A stretch of 64,000 nucleotides of DNA from an uncultured Chitinophagaceae bacterium (GTDB lineage: Bacteria > Bacteroidota > Bacteroidia > Chitinophagales > Chitinophagaceae), in NCBI GenBank assembly GCA_963728145.1, contig CAVSJA010000001.1, forward strand, positions 393,511 through 457,510. The letters run 5' to 3'. Made by a program: the position numbers and the translations under genes. A model generated the notes under the pieces. The model saw only the letters and a list, made by a program, of their open reading frames with translations. It had not been told where the DNA came from and did no database searches. This document shows positions 28,526 through 36,963 of the stretch, in pieces (positions within the stretch are counted from its first letter, which is position 1; each line of letters opens with the position of its first letter).

Positions 28526-30083
28526 ATGAACAGAACATTTTTATTAATCGCTGCAATTCTTTGTGCAGGCATCAGCGCTGTTGCACAGGGAAAGCTAAGC
28601 ATCGACAAAGTGTACGCGGCTTATTTGCGCAATAGCGGCAGCATTATGGAAAACAACCAGATCAAGGGATATTATTTCCTGTACCAGAGTGATAAGATAG
28701 ATAGAAACACCAACGAGTACACCCTTCAGATCCTGGATCAGAACCTCAATAAAGTAAAGGATATCAAATTTGAGGATTCGAAAAAAGTAAGTCTTCTCGA
28801 AGCTGCTTATAACGGAAGCACGCTTGGCTTCTTGTTTAAGAACGAAGACACCAAGACTATCGACATGAAAATCTATACTGTCGATGGCAAGCTAAAGTAT
28901 ACCTATAGCCGGGGATATGACAAGAAAACGGAAGCCCTGATGGACCAATATGCAACTATGCACACTGATGAAGGTATGAACCAAAACGTTTATGATCTTG
29001 GCGAGCAGGGTTTCGCATCGGTACTTCCACTTCGTGAAGGTAAGAACCGTACTTATGAAGTTGATTTTTATTCCTCGCTGTCCAAAAAGCAATGGACATA
29101 TACACCAATGGATGAGGAGCGCTATGTGCAGGCTGAATACCTTGGCAGTACTGACAGCCTAATTATATTGGAAGTGATGAAAAAAAGCCGGCTTCTAAGT
29201 GGTAGTTTTTCTGCCCACCTTATCGGATTAAACTTTATCACTAAAAAGAAAGAGTTTGAAATTGATGAAGAAGGAGCCGAGTATAAATTCATTCCCTCAA
29301 GTGTAAAACAATTGAAAGGCGGCAGGACAGTGGTAATGGGCGCTTATTATGACAAAGCAGCCAATATTGCAAAAGACGCCAGTCTTGGCCTGGGCATTTA
29401 TGAAATAGACAGCAAGGGAAAAGTACTGAACAGGACGCTTAACTCCTGGGCCGGAGATCTAGCAAAATTCCTGCCTACTAATAGCAAAGGAAAGATTGAT
29501 AATGTAGGTTACCTGTTTATACACCGTTTGATTCAAACTCCTGATGGCAAATACTTTCATGGTAGGCGAAGGTTATAAGCGGAATGCGAGCGCCGGAGGT
29601 ATTGCCTTAACTGTGCTGGCAGCAGCAGGCGGTGGTACGACCAGTGCAGGAGTCACTAAAATTGTTATCACTGATATGGTGGTAATGGAGATGAACGATA
29701 AATTTAAGGTCACCAATGCAACGATATACGACAAAACACAGAACACAGCGGTTGCGTCAAGCATGAGCGATTACAATAGCCAGCACGCCATTGCCATGTA
29801 TCTTAAAGCGGTCGGTGCCTTTGATTATGAATTTACCACCGGCGATGCAGACAATAGCAATTTCGTAATTTGTTACAGTGATTGGGTAAGGGGTTCAGGG
29901 TACAAAGGACAAACCTTTAATGCTATTCGTTATAATGGCTCGAAGTTCACAACAGATAAAATAGAATTGAAGTCAAAGGCCAGCAGCATGCGCGTATTTC
30001 CCGGCAAAGCTGGATTCATTATGATCCTGGAGTATTTTAAGAAGGATAAGAGATTAGAGATGAGATTGGAGAAGCTGAGTTAG
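28526..30083 (+). pseudogene. secreted hypothetical protein interrupted by an apparent +1 frameshift (pseudogene or assembly error)
   Basis: ORFs 28526..29578 and 29544..30083 overlap in different frames. The text reads through as ...IQTPDG(K/N).F MVGEGYKRNA.... The shift must lie in 29532-29575. Confidence 0.6.
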
Positions 30084-30109
30084 AATTAATTCGATATATC
30101 AATAACAAA

Positions 30110-30147
30110 AGCCTTCAAGTCTTAGGATTTGGAGGCTGTTGTTTTTA
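30110..30147 (+). terminator. rho-independent terminator candidate
   Basis: Stem agccttcaa/ttggaggct (one G-U pair), 10-nt loop, followed by gttgttttta. Confidence 0.5.
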
Positions 30148-30207
30148 TAGGGTTGAATAGTTGATTGGTTGACTGGGAATGAGTGAAGGGCTTCAATCTT
30201 CGATTGG

Positions 30208-30510
30208 CTATTCTCGTAAAATTTTGTCTACTTCTTCAATTTTTCGTTTTGTTTTTTCTATTTTCCTTTTTAGGAGATATGGCGAAACAATTATGGTAAA
30301 TACGCTGAAAAGGGATGCAGGAATAGTTAAAAATAAAGTCCACCTTAACCATTCGTGTTTCCAAAAGATAACATAAAGAGCAATAGTTAGAGTTGCCCTA
30401 ATTGTCCAAAGGATTAGTTTCTTTTTTCTATATGAGGGATCTAAAACTGTGTCAGTTGAAATTGATTCAAGCTCTTTTTTGAAACTGTCGCCTATTGTAT
30501 CATTCTCCAT
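30208..30510 (-). CDS. small two-TM membrane protein, unknown function
   Basis: Two hydrophobic helices (LILWTIRATLTIALYVIFW, WTLFLTIPASLFSVFTIIV), lysine-rich C-terminus, AT-rich codon usage. Confidence 0.5.
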   Translation of the reverse strand: MENDTIGDSFKKELESISTDTVLDPSYRKKKLILWTIRATLTIALYVIFWKHEWLRWTLFLTIPASLFSVFTIIVSPYLLKRKIEKTKRKIEEVDKILRE

Positions 30511-30512
30511 AG

Positions 30513-31181
30513 TTAATTAATAGGTTTCCAAATTTCAAATCCTGGCTTTTTACCCGTTATCATCTCCAATAACGAGAATAAGTATTCGTTTTGATTTTGT
30601 CCACTATCATCTGCCATTTTCTTAAAGGTATTCGTAGAGATTGGGAATAACGAAGTCAAGTCAATTTTCCATAGTCCATCTTCTTTGTAAAAATGAAAAT
30701 AGAAAGGTGCTTTTTGTCCATTTGCAACAAGCTGTCCCTTCGCAAAATTTCCATCAATTGTCACGTCACCAATTGAAATATTTGCTACACTGTTTTTACC
30801 AACCATTCCACTTTTAATTGCATAAATCAAAAGAGATTTTCCGTCAAAACTTAAAATGTCTTCTTTTGACGTCCGATGTCTTATTGAAAAAACCATTAGC
30901 TTATCAAGAATGGATAGCGTTTCAACTTTTGTTGAGTCAGCGGTTTTGACTAGCCCTAGAATGTAGCTATAATATTTTATTGTTCTGCTGTCCACAAAAT
31001 TTACGGCTTCTACACCTTTATCATTTAGAACTCCTGTCTTGTAGTTGTCAAAGGATTTTTTTACAAGTTCTCCTTCGCTTTCTTGTCCATAGGCAAATTG
31101 TCCTACGACTAATAAAAGAAAAAGTCCACCGGTTTTTACTGTTGCTGTCATTATGTTGTTTGGTCTTTTTAAATGGCCCAC
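30513..31181 (-). CDS. secreted hypothetical protein
   Basis: Signal peptide GGLFLLLVVGQFAYGQ. 2-nt gap to the downstream membrane protein gene. No recognisable motif. Confidence 0.5.
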   Translation of the reverse strand: MGHLKRPNNIMTATVKTGGLFLLLVVGQFAYGQESEGELVKKSFDNYKTGVLNDKGVEAVNFVDSRTIKYYSYILGLVKTADSTKVETLSILDKLMVFSIRHRTSKEDILSFDGKSLLIYAIKSGMVGKNSVANISIGDVTIDGNFAKGQLVANGQKAPFYFHFYKEDGLWKIDLTSLFPISTNTFKKMADDSGQNQNEYLFSLLEMITGKKPGFEIWKPIN

Positions 31182-31320
31182 AAAACTAAGACAAGGCCTA
31201 AAATTTTAGTTGTGACTGAAACGGTATCCCGGATAAATCTATGTTTGTACTTCTCGTAGAAGTTCCAAAAAACATAAAAGCCCCGAAAGGCAATTCATCA
31301 AGGCTTCTGAAAATTTTATG

Positions 31321-31394
<74 letters not shown>

Positions 31395-31420
31395 ATTTAT
31401 TTAAAAAAACTTCAAAACTC

Positions 31421-31481
31421 TTCGAACCAATGACCTTCCCGACTATGGTCGGGATGCTCTATCCAACTGAGCTACCGGACC
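31421..31481 (-). pseudogene. truncated tRNA-like module A (tRNA-Arg backbone, foreign anticodon arm, no 3' T-stem or acceptor strand)
   Basis: GGTCCGGTAGCTCAGTTGGATAGAGCA + TCCCGACCATAGTCGGGA + AGGTCATTGGTTCGAA, then GAGTTTTGAAGTTTTTTTAAATAAAT. Confidence 0.8.
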
Positions 31482-31507
31482 ATTTATTTAAAAAAACTTC
31501 AAAACTC

Positions 31508-31568
31508 TTCGAACCAATGACCTTCCCGACTATGGTCGGGATGCTCTATCCAACTGAGCTACCGGACC
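31508..31568 (-). pseudogene. truncated tRNA-like module B (identical to module A)
   Basis: Exact 87-bp tandem repeat of spacer plus module (31395-31481 = 31482-31568). Confidence 0.8.
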
Positions 31569-31586
31569 TTAGATTTTGGACAGGCG

Positions 31587-31594
31587 CAAAGATA
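31587..31594 (-). promoter_or_regulatory. candidate -7 box (TATCTTTG) upstream of the tRNA-like array
   Basis: Minus-strand TAnnTTTG match 19 nt upstream of module B. No well-spaced TTTG -33 seen. Confidence 0.3.
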
Positions 31595-31800
31595 ACGTGT
31601 TGCCTCTATGGGGCAAAATCGAATCGTGGAATTGTTGTTGAATACTTTACCTTAGTACCACACCCGCCTCCTAAATACTCCTTAATAACCAAGTTCATTC
31701 TCTGCAGTTTCATCTGTCCCCATGATTCTTATCGAAACGATTCTTCTTTTCAACCTTCTGTACCTGCCTGTATTTTTTTGCTCACCATTAAATCTGCGTT

Positions 31801-32666
31801 ATGAAAAAGATTACTATTGCCTTGCTGCTGGCAGCGTGGTGCTGCTACATTATTACTTCGTGTCACAAGCCAGACGTTCCCCGCAAAAAGCATTGCCAGA
31901 TCAAGATTATTGAAGGCGTCTACAATAATAGCCCTTTCCTAACAACCGGATTCATTACCAATCACGTTTACACCAACAAGCGACTGCTCGATTCGATCAC
32001 CTTCATGCCAAACTTCACAGCTGTCTCACCAGTTAATGTTAAGATTATTTACAACAACAAGGGAATTCCAGTAGAGATCAGGGATAACGCAAACAATGTT
32101 TATAAACTCATCTATCAAAACGGTCGTGTGGCAAGAATAGACAAGCTCGGTACAGATAACTTGTTTCATACCGCATTCACGCTTTTATATGATTCGCTGG
32201 GCAGGATAATTGAGGCAGTCGAGCGAGACCTAGTTCTGCAACAAGGTGGGAATATCAAGGGAACTCTAGAAACTATGTCCGCAAGTCCATTTTGTTTGAC
32301 TTAAGCACGCAACCGGGACTAGAGCTCTATTTGAGATTCGATTACCAATATGACGATAAGGTAAATCCAATGACTACCTGGCCCAATACCACACTCATTC
32401 CTTTTTACTTTGAATTGGGTGAAAACCGTACCCTACGATTGGAACCCATACCTGAAAATAACTGGGTGTATCAAGCCGTGTTCGCACCTTTACGCGGATT
32501 TCCGTTAATAGCCTGGGAGTATTTTTATACGTATCAGTATGATGATGTGTATCCAGTAAAATATGACCTCAGGGTGGTAAGGTACACTATGTTCGGTGTT
32601 GCCGGTACTACAACGGGAACAACAAACTTTACATACGACTGTGCCGACAATCACGCGAATTTCTGA
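31801..32666 (+). pseudogene. lipoprotein of unknown function interrupted by an apparent -1 frameshift (pseudogene or assembly error)
   Basis: Lipobox IITSC. ORFs 31801..32304 and 32292..32666 are in different frames. The second frame is open back to 32214 and reads TRWEYQGNSRNYVRKSILFDLS. Confidence 0.55.
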
Positions 32667-32705
32667 GAGAATACTCAAACATAATTATGACGCATAAAAA
32701 ATAAA

Positions 32706-32723
32706 CCCCCGCAAAGGCGGGGG
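32706..32723. terminator. GC-rich hairpin terminator, U-tract only on the minus strand
   Basis: cccccgc-aaag-gcggggg. An A-rich run (32695-32705) precedes it on the plus strand, so the canonical hairpin+U form is read on the minus strand. Confidence 0.5.
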
Positions 32724-32752
32724 TCCATATTAGTCCGAGTAAATATAGTACT

Positions 32753-32802
32753 CCTTGTCTCCCTTGTGATCTAACCTCGTTAACCTTGTCAACCTTGTCA
32801 AC
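32753..32802. repeat. nonamer array (AACCTTGTC)n, complement of the 25590 array
   Basis: aacctcgtt aaccttgtc aaccttgtc aac preceded by ccttgtctc ccttgtgat. Confidence 0.8.
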
Positions 32803-32975
32803 ACATAACTATATTAGCAATTGACCATTTAATGTGTTATCTTCACCGACAGCAATTGAGATTTACAACACTAAGACAGAAATAAATATTTTGTCTACTT
32901 TCCTCGTTCAATTTATTCCTTTCTACCTTTTTTTTGTTCCTGCTCAGCGATTTTTCACTTTTTTAATCAGATAAC

Positions 32976-33263
32976 ATGAACATGTTTGTTTCAAACCTGG
33001 GTTTTCACGTTTCAGATGAAAACCTCAAAAGCCTATTTTCACCTTTTGGCGAAGTAAGCTCAGCTAAAATAATAACAGATCGCGTAACAGGCAGATCCCG
33101 TGGATTTGGTTTTGTGCAAATGCCTCAGGATGCCGAAGCGGGAATCGCCCTTTTGAAACTCGAAGGGTATGAGATTAATGGAAGAAAGATCTCTGTCTCG
33201 AAAGCAAAGCCAAGGAGTAATGATGACCCTTCATCGAAGATCAGCAACTCCCCATGGAAATAG
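32976..33263 (+). CDS. RRM-type RNA-binding protein
   Basis: RNP-2 MFVSNL and RNP-1 RGFGFVQM. Confidence 0.9.
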   Translation: MNMFVSNLGFHVSDENLKSLFSPFGEVSSAKIITDRVTGRSRGFGFVQMPQDAEAGIALLKLEGYEINGRKISVSKAKPRSNDDPSSKISNSPWK

Positions 33264-33289
33264 AAGAGCAAGAATCAAGCTCAAATAAC

Positions 33290-33324
33290 TGCCCTGGAAA
33301 TGGATTTCAGGGCATTTAGTTTTG
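33290..33324 (+). terminator. rho-independent terminator
   Basis: tgccctg-(11 nt)-cagggca followed by tttagttttg. Confidence 0.6.
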
Positions 33325-33374
33325 TCCATATTAAAATCGCCTGAACATTATTTGTGTGAACCACTAATTTCCAT

Positions 33375-34838
33375 ATGAAAATACAGGTTAACAGAACCAG
33401 GATAAGATTAAATCCTGATTTTAAAAAAGTAATACCCAGGTTTTTTAATACCGGCATTGAACGATCTGAGGCGTTAATCGATAAAATATTGCATATTTCT
33501 GATAGCGAAGTGAATAAATTATTGGGCCAGGTTTTTAATGAATTTCACAACCGTTACCAGGACATTCAGGAGATCTTTGAAAAACATTTCGCATTAATAA
33601 AAAATCTTTTACCGGAAAATGGAGAAGTTGTCCTGTCAAAAGAAAAAAAACTGCTGATCGGTTCTTATTTCACAATGGAATATTCTTTAGAAGCCGCAGC
33701 CCTGTTCAATCCATCAGTAGTTGAAGATCCCGATCAGTCAGGGACAAAACCCGGTGAGAAGAATGTGATCATAAGTTTCAGGGCTACAGGAGAGGGCCAT
33801 ATCTCTTCCCTGGTATTCAAAAGAGGAAAGCTGGACGAAAATGCCAAACTTAATATTGAACCATCAGGGAAGTTTATGAAGGAGGGGTTAATTACACAAA
33901 AAAGGTGGAATAATAAATCTGCGTTTGCGCAATTGCTTTGGCAAATACCATTGACGGACCCTATCCGGGTAAATATCCTGGGCCAGTTACAGGATAATTT
34001 TACTTACAAAGAAATAGAATCGGTCATGAAGACTGCCTTGCTGTCTGTTGATTCCCCTACAGAAAGGAACAAGCTTAAGTATGATATCCTGAGCATGGTA
34101 AATACCAGTTATGAAGTGCATTTTCCTCCTGAGTCGTTGATTTCAGAGCGTGTTATTTTTCCGGTAACCTTTACCGAGAAGAACGGCATTGAAGATGCCA
34201 GGTTTGTTAAATTTTCCGATGATGATGGCAACATTACCTATAACGCAACCTATACGGCTTATGACGGTTCTTTCATATTGCCTCACTTAATTGAAACAAA
34301 AGATTTTTTGCGTTTTAAAATGTCTCCGCTTCATGGAAAGGCGGCTGTCAATAAGAATCTTGCTTTATTCCCAAGAAAGATCAATGGCAAATACGCAATG
34401 CTTTCCCGCATTGACGGGATCAACAATTACATAATGTTTTCAGATGATCTGTATTTATGGGAAACAGCTACCTTACTGCAAAAACCTGAATATCTCTGGG
34501 AGTTTGTACAAATCGGGAATGGGGGTTCTCCTATTGAAACAGAAAGAGGATGGCTCGTCATCACCCATGGAGTGGGACCAATGCGGAAATATTGCCTGGG
34601 TGCATGTTTGCTGGATTTAAATGATCCAACGAAAGAATTAGGAAGATTAAAAGAACCGCTCCTGATGCCTAATGAAGACGAAAGACATGGATATGTCCCA
34701 AATGTGGTGTATTCCTGCGGATCCATCATTCATCAGAATAAACTGTTTATTCCCTATGCCGTGTCGGATCACGCAACTTCCTTTGCTACTATTCCAATTG
34801 AAGAATTATTAGATGAAATAATGAATACAGGCGAATAA
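33375..34838 (+). CDS. GH130-like glycosidase/phosphorylase with N-terminal extension
   Basis: C-terminal beta-propeller signature of the PH1107/DUF377/GH130 type (LFPRKINGKYAMLSR, ERGWLVITHGVG, YCLGACLLDLNDP, VPNVVYSCG). No signal peptide. Confidence 0.7.
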   Translation: MKIQVNRTRIRLNPDFKKVIPRFFNTGIERSEALIDKILHISDSEVNKLLGQVFNEFHNRYQDIQEIFEKHFALIKNLLPENGEVVLSKEKKLLIGSYFTMEYSLEAAALFNPSVVEDPDQSGTKPGEKNVIISFRATGEGHISSLVFKRGKLDENAKLNIEPSGKFMKEGLITQKRWNNKSAFAQLLWQIPLTDPIRVNILGQLQDNFTYKEIESVMKTALLSVDSPTERNKLKYDILSMVNTSYEVHFPPESLISERVIFPVTFTEKNGIEDARFVKFSDDDGNITYNATYTAYDGSFILPHLIETKDFLRFKMSPLHGKAAVNKNLALFPRKINGKYAMLSRIDGINNYIMFSDDLYLWETATLLQKPEYLWEFVQIGNGGSPIETERGWLVITHGVGPMRKYCLGACLLDLNDPTKELGRLKEPLLMPNEDERHGYVPNVVYSCGSIIHQNKLFIPYAVSDHATSFATIPIEELLDEIMNTGE

Positions 34839-34843
34839 GCGCT

Positions 34844-35864
34844 TTACAGACCATTGGAGGTCCTTACTATTTTATGATAAAGTTGCATATAATGAAGTGC
34901 CATCACCTGGCTGCTGAACTTATCCATAGCATGCATCCGGCAATTTTGCCTTTCAATGCTTTTTATATTACTCACCGCAAGAACGGCGTCCTGGATAGAT
35001 TTCACTAAAAAACCGGTTTGTCCCATCAACAATTAATTCTTTCATAGAACCCCGGTCAAAAGCAATTACTGGAGTACCACACATCATTGCTTCAACAACA
35101 CTGAGTCCAAACGGTTCTTCAAAACTTATCGGATGTAATAATGCAATTGCATTCCCTAAAATCTTATTGCGCTCTTCCGGGCCAACATTTCCGTTGTAGG
35201 TGATCGTTGAGTCATTCAGATAAGGAGAAACCATTTCTTTAAAATAGGATTCGTCCTGGATCAGCCCGCAAAGGATTAATCTTTTATTGGATTGAACAGC
35301 TATCTGGATAGCCTCATGCGCTCCTTTATCCGGATGAATCCTTCCGAAGTACAATAAATAATCACCCTGACCATCACCAAACTCAAATTGCTTCTCATCT
35401 ATCCCATTGTAAACAGTATCCAGATATTGCAATTCAGGGTGCCTGTCGCTGTTACTGATAGAAACATAATGAGTATGTTTATTGTATTTTTTAAATACTG
35501 GTAATATTTGTGTGGAGGAGAACCCATGTATGGTAGTAATAACCGGAGGCTGGATTAGCCGGGAATAGGTTAAGGGGAGAAAATCAAAATGGTTATGGAT
35601 GATGGAAAACTCTGAAGCCCGTTCCATAAGTTGCGATATGTGGAGACATTCCCAAACTTTTGCATCATCAGGACATTCTCCCAAAGGACTTTCGCGGACT
35701 GATTGAAGTTTTGCCCGGGTAACAGAATCGCCGGTAGCAAATAAAGTTACATCAACACCGTTTTTTATCAATGATTCTGTTAATACTGATGCCACTTGTT
35801 CCCAGGGGCCATAATTCCTTGGTGGCGTCCTCCAGGTAACGGGAGAAAGGATGGCTACTTTCAT
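34844..35864 (-). pseudogene. GT4 glycosyltransferase with C-terminal frameshift (pseudogene or assembly error)
   Basis: EEPFGLSVVEAMMCGTPVIA motif. The frame breaks at ELIVDG|QTGFLVKS (extra G in the GGG run, plus-strand ccc 35022-35024). ATGA start/stop overlap with the upstream gene at 35861-35864. Confidence 0.75.
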
Positions 35865-36946
35865 TTTGCTAATGCTAAAGCTACTACCATGTGCGATATC
35901 CAATAGGCCAAGGTACTTTCAGCTCCCTGATTCAAATTGATTCCCTCATGATGCAAACCATCAGCACAACCGCCGGTTGCCGGATCGTACAAGGGCAGCC
36001 CTAAATCATTCTTTCCCAGAAACCATTGATAACTCTTATACATACGTTCTTTATACTCCTGCTCCTGAGTGACGCGGTGTGCCTGTTGATAAAAAAGCAC
36101 CATTGCCATTACATCAATACCCTGCTGATCAAATTGTGCTGCGATTCCCTTTCTTTTTAACCATCCCTGGTTTCCTATTGGTCTGAGGATTCCATTAAAA
36201 AATACTTTTGATTCAAGGAAATTCATTGATTCAAAAGCAATCAGGAAATATTCTTCATTCTTTGTTACTTCGTAAGCAGTCAATAAAGCGAGCGGCATAA
36301 TGGCGTTATCATAAGTAAGAACAGGCTCAAACCAATTCCAGTCGACACCATGATTTTCGTTATACATGCTCACCAGCTTATTGGAAAGTTTGATCACCAT
36401 ATTCCTTTTCTCATCGTCTGGGAATTGATATTTTATGATCTGGCAAATACCAATAATCGAATTGGCTATGCCCCGCAATGAACCAAGCTGATCAACATGA
36501 GGGTATGCTTTTGAAAATATTTCCATGCCTGTCTTGATCGATAAAGGTGAAGGCCCTTCATTGATCAAAAATCCAAGCGCCAAAAGGGTTCTACCAAAAG
36601 AATCCTCCGAACCACGCTCTTCCGGACTGACTTTGGAATAACTCAAAAAATTTCTGAAATACCCCTCATCCGTTTGCATGTAATGAATAAAACTCAGGTA
36701 GACGGGAAGCAGTTGGGAAGCAATTTTATTTTTCTTTGTCTTGAACGCCCATACGGACAGCAGCAAGGCCCGTGAATTATCATCAATGCAATACCCTTCC
36801 TTCCGGTTTGGCATGTTAAATACGGCATGTTGAATTATACCTGTATGATCCGTTAAATTGCTTATATGTTGAAAATTTACTTCCGGCAATTTTACCGGTG
36901 TAAACAAATTGGGATTTTTAGCAATCAAAACATCTTCTCTTACCAT
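35861..36946 (-). CDS. conserved hypothetical, possibly an (alpha/alpha)6-barrel glycan-active protein
   Basis: No signal peptide. Helix-rich with a periodic aromatic/acidic pattern. Embedded between two GT4 genes. Fold assignment is inference only. Confidence 0.35.
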   Translation of the reverse strand: MVREDVLIAKNPNLFTPVKLPEVNFQHISNLTDHTGIIQHAVFNMPNRKEGYCIDDNSRALLLSVWAFKTKKNKIASQLLPVYLSFIHYMQTDEGYFRNFLSYSKVSPEERGSEDSFGRTLLALGFLINEGPSPLSIKTGMEIFSKAYPHVDQLGSLRGIANSIIGICQIIKYQFPDDEKRNMVIKLSNKLVSMYNENHGVDWNWFEPVLTYDNAIMPLALLTAYEVTKNEEYFLIAFESMNFLESKVFFNGILRPIGNQGWLKRKGIAAQFDQQGIDVMAMVLFYQQAHRVTQEQEYKERMYKSYQWFLGKNDLGLPLYDPATGGCADGLHHEGINLNQGAESTLAYWISHMVVALALAK

Positions 36947-36963
36947 TTCAAAATTTTTAAGAA

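Noticed and set aside
31421-31568. Idea that the tRNA-like modules, with a possible 8-nt anticodon loop ACCATAGT, are frameshift-suppressor tRNAs linked to the +1 frameshifted genes in this window
   Set aside because: The modules lack the 3' half of the T-stem and the acceptor 3' strand, so they cannot be aminoacylated. The loop has no U33-like residue, and a 6-bp stem with a 6-nt loop is an equally good fold. One of the frameshifts is -1 and the shift sites share no common quadruplet.
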